Shown: positions 1 to 9,247, counted from the first letter of the stretch. The stretch: DNA of 64,000 nucleotides from an uncultured Nitrospiraceae bacterium (GCA_963727805.1 CAVSHF010000005.1:64001-128000), one strand, 5' to 3'. The notes: generated by a model from the sequence alone, not told the origin. A program made the numbers and translations.

Positions 1-645
1 ATCTTTAGATTTCATGGTTTTGGCATAATCATTATCAGAAGTCGGTTTCACGGTAGATACATCAGTCCCGACCTTATGGCACCTGCACTCACCCTTACCG
101 GTTTTACAGTGCTCGCACGTGCAACCTGCGCCGCAGGAACAACCCTTTTCACCCGCCTTGCACTTACATTCGCCTTCTCCGGTTTTGCAATGTTCGCATT
201 GACAGTTCTGACCGCACTGGCAGCCTTTGGCCCCCTTATCGCACTTGCACTCGCCCTTACCGGTTTTACAGTGCTCGCACGTGCAACCTGCGCCGCAGGA
301 ACAACCCTTTTCACCCGCCTTGCACTTACATTCGCCTTCTCCGGTTTTGCAATGTTCGCATTGACAGTTCTGACCGCACTGGCAGCCTTTGGCCCCCTTA
401 TCGCACTTGCACTCGCCCTTACCGGTTTTACAGTGCTCGCACGTGCAACCTGCGCCGCAGGAACAACCCTTTTCACCCGCCTTGCACTTACATTCGCCTT
501 CTCCGGTTTTGCAATGTTCGCATTGACAGTTCTGACTGCACTGGCATTTAACGGTATCTCCAAAGGAGAGGTCAGAAAACGAAGCAGTGCCAAAAAATAC
601 TAGAACGCTGACAATCAAGCACGTCGAGAGAATTCTTTTCAACAT
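1..645 (-). CDS. Secreted cysteine-rich metallothionein-like repeat protein (3' end runs out of the window)
   Basis: Hand translation of the minus frame absent from the ORF track. AGGAGG RBS at 654-659, ATG at 645, signal-peptide-like MLKRILSTCLIVSVLVFFGTASFS, then six 27-aa units (CxCxxxCxCEHCKTGxGECKC). No stop before position 1. Confidence 0.85.
   Translation of the reverse strand, partial: MLKRILSTCLIVSVLVFFGTASFSDLSFGDTVKCQCSQNCQCEHCKTGEGECKCKAGEKGCSCGAGCTCEHCKTGKGECKCDKGAKGCQCGQNCQCEHCKTGEGECKCKAGEKGCSCGAGCTCEHCKTGKGECKCDKGAKGCQCGQNCQCEHCKTGEGECKCKAGEKGCSCGAGCTCEHCKTGKGECRCHKVGTDVSTVKPTSDNDYAKTMKSKD
79..546. repeat. Coding tandem repeat: about 2.9 copies of a 162-bp unit, each made of two diverged 81-bp subunits
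   Basis: Nearly identical blocks start at 84, 246 and 408. Confidence 0.95.
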
Positions 646-958
646 AAAGACGGCCTCCTTTCACAAAGTTTATGGTTTTAATTGTAACAAATCCATTGTG
701 CATTACACTACTAAAGTCAATTGGGAAGGTCAGGTTGTAATCAACGAAATTTTCATGATGCTCCTATGTTGCTTTTTGTGAGACCCAGATAGCGGCCAGG
801 GCGCGTCTGTCTTTATAGACTTGTAAGTGTGGTCTGCGATAAAAAACGCAACATGATAGGTCGTGATATCTACTTAAAATCTCCAGTGTGCGGATAAAGC
901 TCATTGCACGAGGTTTCTACTGGCTATCATCAGCTGTCAAGGCTGGCGTCTCATCGAC

Positions 959-1306
959 CTACAAGCGTTTGGATATAGAACTTAGCTTTCGATACAGCCA
1001 AGGAAGCATTTGGAACCACTGGAAATAACCTATAGCTACAAAAAGCGGCCAAATACATAGACTAAACACAATACCGCCCGGAACAACGAGACCGGTAAGG
1101 TTAAACAGCATTTCGAAAATCCCTCCCAGTAGCGCCATTAAAGCGTACCCAGTAGGGAACGTTAAAAATAGCATCAAATAACAAAACGCGATATCAGCAT
1201 CGGGGATCTCTCGTTGCACAAAAGCAAACACGAGGACGGCTAGGCAGCTACAGAGCCATAGTAACAAAAGGATGCGGCCAGGCAGTTTATGTGGAATCAT
1301 CATCAC
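959..1306 (-). CDS. Hypothetical membrane protein, possible orphan immunity protein
   Basis: 115 aa with about 3 hydrophobic segments; lies in a cluster of small co-oriented AT-rich genes. Confidence 0.6.
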   Translation of the reverse strand: MMMIPHKLPGRILLLLWLCSCLAVLVFAFVQREIPDADIAFCYLMLFLTFPTGYALMALLGGIFEMLFNLTGLVVPGGIVFSLCIWPLFVAIGYFQWFQMLPWLYRKLSSISKRL

Positions 1307-1913
1307 TTGACGATTAACCGCTAATTTCTTTTATTTTCATCTTTCTGCAACATAGCACAATTTTAGGCATCAGAATGAATAGTAACTCCTACATATAGAA
1401 TATCCAGGGGGGCTCACAATCTATCATAGAATCTTATAATCGCGAGTCGGCTCGCTACGCAACAGATACCATGTTACGACTGGTAATGCTCAAAGCTGAG
1501 TTGCCCAATTCGCTTAGTGTGGTTGTTGTGTGCACTCCTTTTCATGATCCTCCAGATAATGGCAACAGCTAACCGAGGCACAAGGCAGTTCCCCTTCCGG
1601 TGGTAGCCTCCGGGTGAAGCACCACCGGAGTGCGGCCAAACCAGAAACAGATAGTAGTATTGCCAGTAGTCCTACCCCGGCCAGCATAATAACTAGGCCG
1701 GCTGCCACTAGCTGTCCTGCCACTATCAGAAGCCTGATCGTTACTGACCTTGCCTTACACATAACCCACTTACTGCTGTTTTCCCCCACGCTGATCCAGC
1801 GCAGCTCCTAGTTATAGGTGCTTTCAATCCAGCGACTCCTGATCTGGCGTCTCTCGCTCACCAACAGTATTACCGAGGCGTCATAGTCCCGCTTGTGCTT
1901 TCCGTCTCATTGC

Positions 1914-2516
1914 TTATTTCTCTATTTCAGGCGGTATGCCAATTATCGGCAACTCGATGTCCGCTAAGTTTATTAGAATAATATTACTAAGCTTTGACAT
2001 CTCTATGACACGAGCAGCACGTGCCGTTACTATCGGTCCAAAAGAATCTTTTGGAAGAAAGAAATCGCACCCATCCCATTGATCTAATCCCACATGAAGG
2101 CCTTTGTAGAATTTCCCAACTGGTCCATTTGGAAGCAGCCGTTTCTCAATAATAGCGGATTTATTATAATCAATTGGCCCGCAGCGTCCAGTGATACTCA
2201 ACCCGTGAAACCCCGAAATCATCTCGCCATTTATTTTGCTCACGACAACTGGAAATACCATCCAACCAGTTAAACTATTCATCGTTAGAACATCTTTTAG
2301 TTTATCCGAAATAAGATACAAGCCTACCCGCCCAGTATCTAATACATCTCCTATTTTATGCCCATATTTATGCTTAAACTGTATTGGAAATTGAATATTC
2401 GCATAGTCGCCCATCAACAATGCAGCTTTGGCATATTTTCCGACTGTATGAACCTGAAAATTTGATGCTAGCAATTTGCTTCCAAAATCATAAAAATAGT
2501 TTATTTCTAGTTTCAT
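1914..2516 (-). CDS. Putative polymorphic-toxin immunity protein (Imm43/DUF1629-like)
   Basis: Motifs LISDKLKDVLTMNSLTGW, GLSITGRCGPID and WDGCDFF resemble this family. Start is likely the ATG at 2516 rather than 2603. Confidence 0.6.
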   Translation of the reverse strand: MKLEINYFYDFGSKLLASNFQVHTVGKYAKAALLMGDYANIQFPIQFKHKYGHKIGDVLDTGRVGLYLISDKLKDVLTMNSLTGWMVFPVVVSKINGEMISGFHGLSITGRCGPIDYNKSAIIEKRLLPNGPVGKFYKGLHVGLDQWDGCDFFLPKDSFGPIVTARAARVIEMSKLSNIILINLADIELPIIGIPPEIEK

Positions 2517-2650
2517 TCCTATTTCGTGGGCCAGCACGTTTGCAATGTCATATATATAAATACCGATCACATAGTGATTAAAAGTGTACAGCGATATGCA
2601 CATCCTTACCTATCTGATCGGGAGTGAACTGCCTTCTTATCTTCATTCAA

Positions 2651-2908
2651 TCATAAATTCTTAATGAATGCCCACATTAGAAACAAGGAGCAGATTAAAG
2701 CTAGTGCACCAACTACCCTAACATTTATCAAATAGCTAGCCGATTTCACAGAGTTCTTAAGCATATCACTATGAGCGGTAAGTCCTTGATTAACATTATT
2801 GATCGCAGAGGCCTGAATCTTCTCTGGGAATATCAAACAGACTATTCCAAGTAAGAACAGTAGCAATATAAAGAGCAATAAGCCAATAGTTTTCATGATG
2901 TTCACCAC
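2651..2908 (-). CDS. Small two-TM membrane protein, possible immunity protein
   Basis: Two hydrophobic helices; start overlaps the stop of the upstream Gly-rich fragment. Confidence 0.55.
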   Translation of the reverse strand: MVNIMKTIGLLLFILLLFLLGIVCLIFPEKIQASAINNVNQGLTAHSDMLKNSVKSASYLINVRVVGALALICSLFLMWAFIKNL

Positions 2909-3030
2909 TTACACCCAGAATTACCGGGGCCTTGGAATGAATAGTTATAGCTGCCTCCAAATTGAGGTGTGACTATGCCAGCACCTCTAGCAATTCCATT
3001 CCCCCGGAGACCCAGATACAGATGCGCCAT
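2902..3030 (-). pseudogene. Possible orphan Rhs/polymorphic toxin C-terminal tip
   Basis: Gly-rich GIARGAGIVTPQFGGSYNYSFQGPGNSGCKW* coupled to the downstream membrane gene. Confidence 0.35.
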
Positions 3031-3169
3031 CTTTCTGCAATATAGCACAAAATTGTTCCTACTTATACCCTTGATCCCGCCCGATATATCGAGGCTGCTT
3101 TGTTTCAACCGGCAATCATTAAGCTGAAACGCGCACAAGAAATCTAAACAGAAGTATAGAACGCTTGAT

Positions 3170-3589
3170 TTACGTGTTTTTACCTGTATGCCGTAATCTT
3201 GCAAACAAGCCACCTGAGAGTGCGAGCAACATGGCGACCCAGACGAACATGAAGTATGAGACCAAAACACCCAGAAATGCCTTAAATTCCCCCTGAACTA
3301 AAAAAATACCGCCGACAACAACCGGATGATCAACGAATAAAACCAGAGCCCCAACAAGAGACGCTCGCCAAAGTCCGCGCTTCTCAAAATGCACCGCGAC
3401 CCAGCCGGAATATACAACGATAGCTGCTCGAATTAGATTGAATGGAACTAAATAATCAAATGAGCTCCCACCCCCATGGGAGACGGATGCCGGCATAATG
3501 AGTCCAACAAGGTGCCAGAGCAACGAGTTCGCTGCTGCGACGACGAGTACCGATTTAACGGTTTGTAATTTGTCAAAGAGGCGTCGCAC
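3170..3589 (-). CDS. Hypothetical membrane protein (about 4 TM), probable gene cassette ORF
   Basis: Hydrophobic 139-aa ORF starting right after the attC-like site. Confidence 0.6.
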   Translation of the reverse strand: MRRLFDKLQTVKSVLVVAAANSLLWHLVGLIMPASVSHGGGSSFDYLVPFNLIRAAIVVYSGWVAVHFEKRGLWRASLVGALVLFVDHPVVVGGIFLVQGEFKAFLGVLVSYFMFVWVAMLLALSGGLFARLRHTGKNT

Positions 3590-3596
3590 CTGGGTT

Positions 3597-3661
3597 ACAC
3601 AAGGTAAAGCTTACAGGGAGGTGTAAGTTTCACGCCGATCCCGTGAAGCGCGTCGTTGTGC
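3597..3661 (-). mobile_element. Integron attC-like site with a degenerate R' box
   Basis: Minus strand reads GCACAAC (R'') - 5 bp - GCTTCACGGGA ... TCCCTGTAAGC - 5 bp - CTTGTGT (R'). It is a 65-bp imperfect hairpin with unpaired bases, just after a stop codon. Confidence 0.6.
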
Positions 3662-3667
3662 TTTAGT

Positions 3668-4009
3668 CTATTTACTTTCATTCTTATCCTGCATTCGCTT
3701 GCGGTGGCATTCAGGGCACCACTTTGGTTCGTTATATATATTGCCTTTTTGGATTTCAAAATATTATTTCTGTTGTTGCGCGGTCCAAACCTCTTTTTTG
3801 CCGCAGCCTGCACAAGTAAAGTGAATGTCTTTATAGTAGAATTTTGCGGCATAACCGCCACCATGGGCTTGACTATCAGGATCAGCAGACAATACACCTT
3901 TCGGAATTTCTACGCCTTTTACAATAAGGCCTTCTCGCTCCAGCCTTGTAACGCGTTTTTCTTCGCGTTTTCTCTTGATCGGATTTTTAGAAACTTGCTT
4001 TCTCATCAT
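3668..4009 (-). pseudogene. Zinc-ribbon domain protein (zf-trcl-like) with an in-frame TAA
   Basis: YYKDIHFTCAGCGKKEVWTAQQQK*YFEIQKGNIYNEPKWCPECHRKR; the second CxxC lies past the stop at 3764-3766. Confidence 0.75.
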
Positions 4010-4787
4010 TTTTCATATGCACAACAAGTATTAAACAACTTGGTCTTATCTGCCAAAAGTATATCACAATACAACAGAGATTATTCACGTATTCCTTTAA
4101 TATCATTTCGTTATAAATTAACAACTTCGCATTAGCTGCGAATTACATGCAAATACTAACTTGGTATAACATGGGCTTTATGGCAAAAGGGCAATCTGGA
4201 CCATGATTATTCCCAGTATCGACTGGCGAGATACGTGAAAAGTAGGGAGAAAAAGGGAGTCCTGAGCGAAGCCATATTTGTATCGGTAATCATCGATTCA
4301 GCAAAGCTGTGGAAACTAGAGGTTACTTGGTGAACCCAACAGTGAGAACCTCCACAACGCATTTCACTTCTAAGGAATTAGATGTGACTGACGGAGGGAC
4401 TCAAGAACTGTCCGCTATGATCCAGAACCGGTGTCCGCGTTGCTCCGAAATAGGTTTCCTCAAACGCCGAAATACGCAATTACTAAACGCCCGCTGCAAG
4501 CCGTTACTACCGTTTGTTTATTTTGGGATTATACGTCCACAAGACTGTCGGAGAGCATTATGTCCACTTGATTATCCGCAAACGCTAACTTGCAGATTAT
4601 GCCTATTTGCGGAAGAATCAGATAGAAATCTTTGCAGATCAGCAAGTTGCTTGAGCTCTAGAAGAACTGTCGGACATAAGCACAGTCTGCCCAAGCTCAG
4701 GAAAGATGCTAAGAATTTCATGAAGGATGCTGAAGATTATTCTGGAAGACAGTAGTTATGCATCATACAAATGCTCTTCATTTCATT

Positions 4788-5345
4788 TTAAGGTGTTTGT
4801 GGTGGAAGTACGTTCATTTTTAGTGATTCAATACGGCCTTTGAACATCTTGTAGGATTCTCCAGATTTTTTCCTGTTCAGCTCCATAATACCTCTGACGT
4901 TTGCATCTGCTGAGACTAGTATATCTTGAAGGCGCCGGTTTTCCTTCCTTTGACGTTCTATCTTCGCGCTTTGATCAACTTTTTCATCTTGCCCGCTAAC
5001 CGATTTTGCCCTGGCAGCAATAGCATCGCTGATAAACCTGTCAAGATCACTTGAAGCACTGTTTGTATAAAAGACGCTCAATGGAACATCTACGACATTT
5101 GCGGATTTCTCCTCTGTAGCATCTAGAAATGAGTTTACGGATAAAGCTGCCTTGTTATATGAATCAATAAGATGTTTGCGGGTATCGTCGGAAAGGTCTT
5201 TTCTTGCGCTTGTTTCATCAAGCAGATAGTTTGCAAGAAGGATTTTCTCGCATGCAACCCTCAGTCCGTCAGTTCTTTTGACTTCGTAGCACCCTGCCAA
5301 AAGCAGGCATACTAAAGTAAATACAATACAAACTGTTTTCTTCAT
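4788..5345 (-). CDS. Hypothetical lipoprotein
   Basis: MKK, a hydrophobic stretch and lipobox LAGC. Confidence 0.75.
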   Translation of the reverse strand: MKKTVCIVFTLVCLLLAGCYEVKRTDGLRVACEKILLANYLLDETSARKDLSDDTRKHLIDSYNKAALSVNSFLDATEEKSANVVDVPLSVFYTNSASSDLDRFISDAIAARAKSVSGQDEKVDQSAKIERQRKENRRLQDILVSADANVRGIMELNRKKSGESYKMFKGRIESLKMNVLPPQTP

Positions 5346-5831
5346 AGAGGTGCCTTCACGTTATTTGTGTGGTGTTTCGAAAGTTTTTACTGGTATGGTC
5401 TGTCCAGTGCTTCTTCATAGTGTCATTGCTAGGAGAAGCACGGCGAAGCAATTTTGCAGCAAGATTCTTCGCTCCGCTCTCATCAATAGACTTATTATAG
5501 TGATTTATGCTAATCATTACCACATTATACAATTTGATTAAACCCAATTACCCTATCAAAAATATAAACAAAAATGGATCGTTGCCTCATGTAAGCATAA
5601 AGTTATGCAATAAGCCTTGCCCATTGAATGCGCATTTAAGTGGTCGCGATGAGACATTCCAGAAAAAAGACTTCTCTGATATCTCACTGCTTTTTGTGGA
5701 GTACAACCTTGAATAATTACTCTTCTATCATACCTCAAAACGTTTATTTGTAGAGACTATGCTTGATTGCGAGCCTCCTGTGTTTTTCAGCAATTGATCT
5801 TTTTGCGAAGTAGTACCCATATAGAGGGCAC

Positions 5832-6217
5832 GTGTCAAGAGAAAAAATATCCCTATCAAGAAAATCCTTCTTGTTTTTTTGTTTCAGTTATCATCGTCTA
5901 TCACCAGTGCCGTTTTTTCTTTAAATAGTGTGTCAGCCTTCACTGCACCACGCACCCATCAGGATTAAGGTAATGCCCCAAAACATGTACTGCAAGGCAA
6001 AACCCTTTCCGCTCATATGCGGACCAGAAAACCTTCGGTACCGGGCCGGGTCCATTTGTTATATCTCAGATTGCATGGTTATTAACCAACCCTCACTGGC
6101 TCCCGACGCGGACAGTAAAGACGTCGATAACTTTTATGTTACTGCAGGGGACGGGTTCCAATCAGGTGCTTGGCTTATTTCCAACTACTCAGTAGGTTCA
6201 TCGTCCCCTCCAGGTCC
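5832..6217 (-). ncRNA. Predicted seekRNA/bridge-RNA region of the IS1111-type element
   Basis: About 385 bp of non-coding sequence between the transposase stop and the right IR, the position known for IS1111 guide RNAs. Inferred from position only. Confidence 0.55.
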
Positions 6218-7237
6218 TTATTGAAATGCTTTATCCGGCATAAATATAACCCCATCCCTCATTATGTAATACGCAGCTCGGGTCAACTTGTGCGCCAGAG
6301 CGTTATGTGCAATAGGAGCGTTTGTTTGTTTCAGCTTGCGCTGATAATATTTTTGTGCTTCGGCATCGTGGAACCGTGCATGGTCTGAAGCTTCAGAAAA
6401 CGCCCATGCCAGATACTTATTGCCGTTCTTCCTGTTGCCGGTCCCTTTCTTTTTGTCATTACTAAACCTTCCTGCTGGGACTTTCCTGCAATATGAAGCG
6501 TAGTTACCCACAGTCCGGAATCGTTCGATAGAACCAGTTTCTAACATGATAGTAGATGCGAGGATCTTGCCTACCCCAGGCATGCTTAGAAGACGGTCAT
6601 AGGGATGACTTAAATGTATCCTTCCATCAATGATGTCCTCCATCGCCTTGATCTGTCTGGTCATGAAGTCTATAGTTTCCTTGCTCACTTTACCCGCCAG
6701 TGCAAGATCCTCGTTGTCAGCAAACAGAGGACTTACTCTGTCCGTCATCAGAAACTTCACATCGTTTGACTTCAGTCTACTGCCCAGGTTCCGTGCCACA
6801 ATGTTCTGCAGGCTTACGATGAGAGATGTCCTCAGTTTTACTAAATGTCCTCTCTTCCTCAACAGATCCCTTATCGGCCGTTCTTCTTTTGGGTAAATGT
6901 ACCCCTTAGGCAATATGCACAATCGAAGCATCTCGGCAAGCCAGAAGGCATCATGTTTGTCAGTAGAGTATTTCAGTCCAGCGTATTGCTGAGCTTTCAT
7001 TACGTTGGCTAGATGCACCTGGTATCCCTCCTCCTTAAGTAGATCAACTAAAAAGTACCAGTTGTATGTCGACTCTACAACAATCCCTTCAATGTCACCT
7101 TTGTATGGCCTGAGCGTTTCCTTGATTGTTGCCGGTTCATTAAGGATCTTCTTCTTGAAAATCCTCTTTCCAGTTTCATCGATGATTCCCACATACGAGT
7201 TGTTTGAATGTAAATCAAAACCTGCGTATAATCCCAT
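6218..7237 (-). CDS. IS110-family DEDD transposase/recombinase
   Basis: GFDLHS, VVESTYNWY, TDKHDA, PGVG and GNKYLAWAFSEA motifs; RBS AGGAGG before the ATG at 7237. Confidence 0.95.
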   Translation of the reverse strand: MGLYAGFDLHSNNSYVGIIDETGKRIFKKKILNEPATIKETLRPYKGDIEGIVVESTYNWYFLVDLLKEEGYQVHLANVMKAQQYAGLKYSTDKHDAFWLAEMLRLCILPKGYIYPKEERPIRDLLRKRGHLVKLRTSLIVSLQNIVARNLGSRLKSNDVKFLMTDRVSPLFADNEDLALAGKVSKETIDFMTRQIKAMEDIIDGRIHLSHPYDRLLSMPGVGKILASTIMLETGSIERFRTVGNYASYCRKVPAGRFSNDKKKGTGNRKNGNKYLAWAFSEASDHARFHDAEAQKYYQRKLKQTNAPIAHNALAHKLTRAAYYIMRDGVIFMPDKAFQ

Positions 7238-7706
7238 ACGGCACCTCCTAAAGGTTAAGATTGGCGTCTTGCCTTTGAGCATATCAATATATGATATGCT
7301 CGGGAGGTGCCCTTTATATGATTATCAGGTGTATCAATCATCCGGAAGGTGTTAACCGCCACTGATAGTTACTTGGTAGAGTTATGAGCGGACCCCTGAT
7401 GATTATCACTTATACACCGCAGGTTAATTAGAATACCTGTATGTGGTTGTTATTGTGAAAATTTAACATCAGCTGTTCACGTTAGTCTTTAAAGACCTGT
7501 TGGTGCAGTTAGCAGCTTCAGAGCAAATAAGCCATTGGTACTAGCCAAGTAATAGAGTAATTAACAGACTGTATAGTTTTTGTATACCAGACAGGAACAA
7601 ACACGGGATAACACCGTGCAAGATGTTATCCCGTGAGTTTCAGATTATCAAGCAATATCAAACATTATCTACCAGCGGATGAAACACAGTATCTCCTTGA
7701 AAATAC

Positions 7707-7749
7707 ATAGCATTCAAGAGGTCGACGGTTCGATCCCATTCAGCTCCAC
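7707..7749 (+). repeat. tRNA-Ala(GGC) 3'-half fragment 1 (att core)
   Basis: ATAGCATTCAAGAGGTCGACGGTTCGATCCCATTCAGCTCCA: anticodon loop to discriminator base only, no D arm. Confidence 0.85.
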
Positions 7750-7814
7750 TCTAGGATCTCTTTTATTCTCAATACTTTTGCTTGCCATTGAAATTCTCGC
7801 CCTTACCCGATGAC

Positions 7815-8245
7815 TGCTTGACTGTATAGTTTTTGTATAGTTGGCCCTTCGTTCAAAGTTATATCGAGCATATCATCCGCCTATGTCATATGCGCCGCCG
7901 CATGATGAGCATACTAAGAATCATTTTGATATCCTTATGCCCCAAGAGTTCCTTTACTGTGGTATTTTTTACTCCCGCCATAGCCAAATGAGAAGCAAAC
8001 GTATGCCTCAAGTCTTGAAATTGAAAAATCTGTAATGCCTGCTTTCCTGCAAGCCGTGTGAACGTTCCGCTTCATGTCTTGATAGGGGTTACCTGTTGCA
8101 TTGTCAAGGAAGAAGTAAGGAATATCAGGCTGCCGTGTGACGCAATCGCTTGTTTTTTCCAGGAAGCATTTTTACTGTCCTGATACGCTTCAGGATTTCC
8201 TCTTCCGCCATATCCCATTCAACTGCCTTCGTGAACATATGGGAA
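7815..8245 (-). pseudogene. Tyrosine integrase remnant, internally deleted and frameshifted
   Basis: Fragments KAVEWDMAEEEILKRIRTVKMLPGKNKRLR, TGNPYQDMKRNVHTACRKAGITDF and DLRHTFASHLAMAGVKNTTVKELLGHKDIKM. Confidence 0.85.
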
Positions 8246-8312
8246 ATTCTCAATCTTTGGTGTCCACTTTTTATTAGCGCACCTCACCATTTACACGTTG
8301 AAATTCTTCTTC

Positions 8313-8660
8313 TCAATCTGACTTCTTTATTACGACCGTCTTTGAACTTAATCCAAGTTCAGCATTTGCCCGCGCTTGCTCTATGCCATTGACTAGTCGT
8401 TCAATCCTGCCTCCGCTTCCAATCTTATCTATTTTCTTCTTGGCTTCAGATCCTGCTTGCCGCTCTCGCATATCTCTGTCCTTCTGAATGATCGCTCGGT
8501 TATATTCTCGATTTTTTTCATCATCCTTTGATGTATAGTTTTTTAAATCCGCATTGGTAAATACTTTGCCGCCGACATCAGCAGCCCAAGATTGGGTGAT
8601 ACTTACTATAATTATCGCCACAATCGCTAGACTAATAATAGCTTTTCTCTTGTGTTTCAT
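8313..8660 (-). CDS. Hypothetical secreted protein
   Basis: Signal peptide ending SWA-AD, followed by KVFTNADL. Confidence 0.65.
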   Translation of the reverse strand: MKHKRKAIISLAIVAIIIVSITQSWAADVGGKVFTNADLKNYTSKDDEKNREYNRAIIQKDRDMRERQAGSEAKKKIDKIGSGGRIERLVNGIEQARANAELGLSSKTVVIKKSD

Positions 8661-8722
8661 GATCTCACCATTACTCGCAATATGTTATCACAATATACAT
8701 TCTATCGCAATTAAATCAACCC

Positions 8723-8902
8723 ATGCAGTTTCTATGCAGTTCGTATCTGAAAAGATATGCAAGAAAAGCATATCATCTATTCTTTGTTATACGATCCCAG
8801 GTAAGTATTTGCACGGATTTGAAAGGATATAACATGTAACTTGACTGACTACAGCATACATGGCATTCAAGCGGTCGACAGTTCGATTCCGTTCAGCTCC
8901 AC
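8723..8902 (+). repeat. att module 2: arm-type repeats plus tRNA-Ala 3' half (8860-8901)
   Basis: ATGCAGT twice at an 11-bp period, then ATGGCATTCAAG...CAGCTCCA; homologous to 9317-9497. Confidence 0.85.
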
Positions 8903-9097
8903 TTTCCAAAATGGCAACATACAAATTCTCGGCTCTCCGGGCCTCTTCCTATTGTCTGGCTCATTGCTGTCAGGGCTGCTGGGTGACAGCTCTCAGGCGT
9001 TAAGCTAAATGGTGGAAGTCTCTTCAGCATTTGTTCTTAATGCCTTATACATCATTGTAGTGCCACTAAAGGAAAACATTTCTTCAATGAAAAAGGA

Positions 9098-9247
9098 TCA
9101 TTCAGAAGATCCTCTTTTTTTCAACAGCTCGGCGAGCTTGCTTTTAGCCCTTTTCAATTCTTCAGGAGGCATTTTTATTTTCCTGATGGCGGCATCGATT
9201 AGGGCAATCGCTGCCTTCAGCTCACGATTCAAGTTATCCATACTCAT
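9098..9247 (-). CDS. Small helical hypothetical protein (49 aa)
   Basis: Hand translation MSMDNLNRELKAAIALIDAAIRKIKMPPEELKRAKSKLAELLKKRGSSE*; lies between two att modules. Confidence 0.45.
   Translation of the reverse strand: MSMDNLNRELKAAIALIDAAIRKIKMPPEELKRAKSKLAELLKKRGSSE

Larger units (their letters stand above)
5815..7327 (-). mobile_element. IS110-family element, IS1111 type (ends approximate)
   Basis: Sub-terminal inverted repeats CATATAGAGGGCAC (5818-5831) and GTGCCCTTTATATG (7307-7320). TTGACA lies just inside the right IR. Long non-coding region 3' of the transposase. Confidence 0.85.

Noticed and set aside
48..603. ORF-track proteins 48-593 (-) (histone-like Ala/Arg/Lys repeats) and 76-603 (+) (hydrophobic repeats)
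   Set aside because: Shadow frames of the repeat. The Cys-rich minus frame has the RBS, a signal peptide and a conserved Cys pattern across diverged subunits.
4309..4755. 148-aa ORF as an integron integrase
   Set aside because: No tyrosine recombinase motifs are visible.
5420..5740. Degenerate GTCATTGC...GAAGCAAT / GATTCTTCGCTCCGCTC REP-like repeat and a possible RAYT N-terminal remnant
   Set aside because: Too eroded to support without a search.
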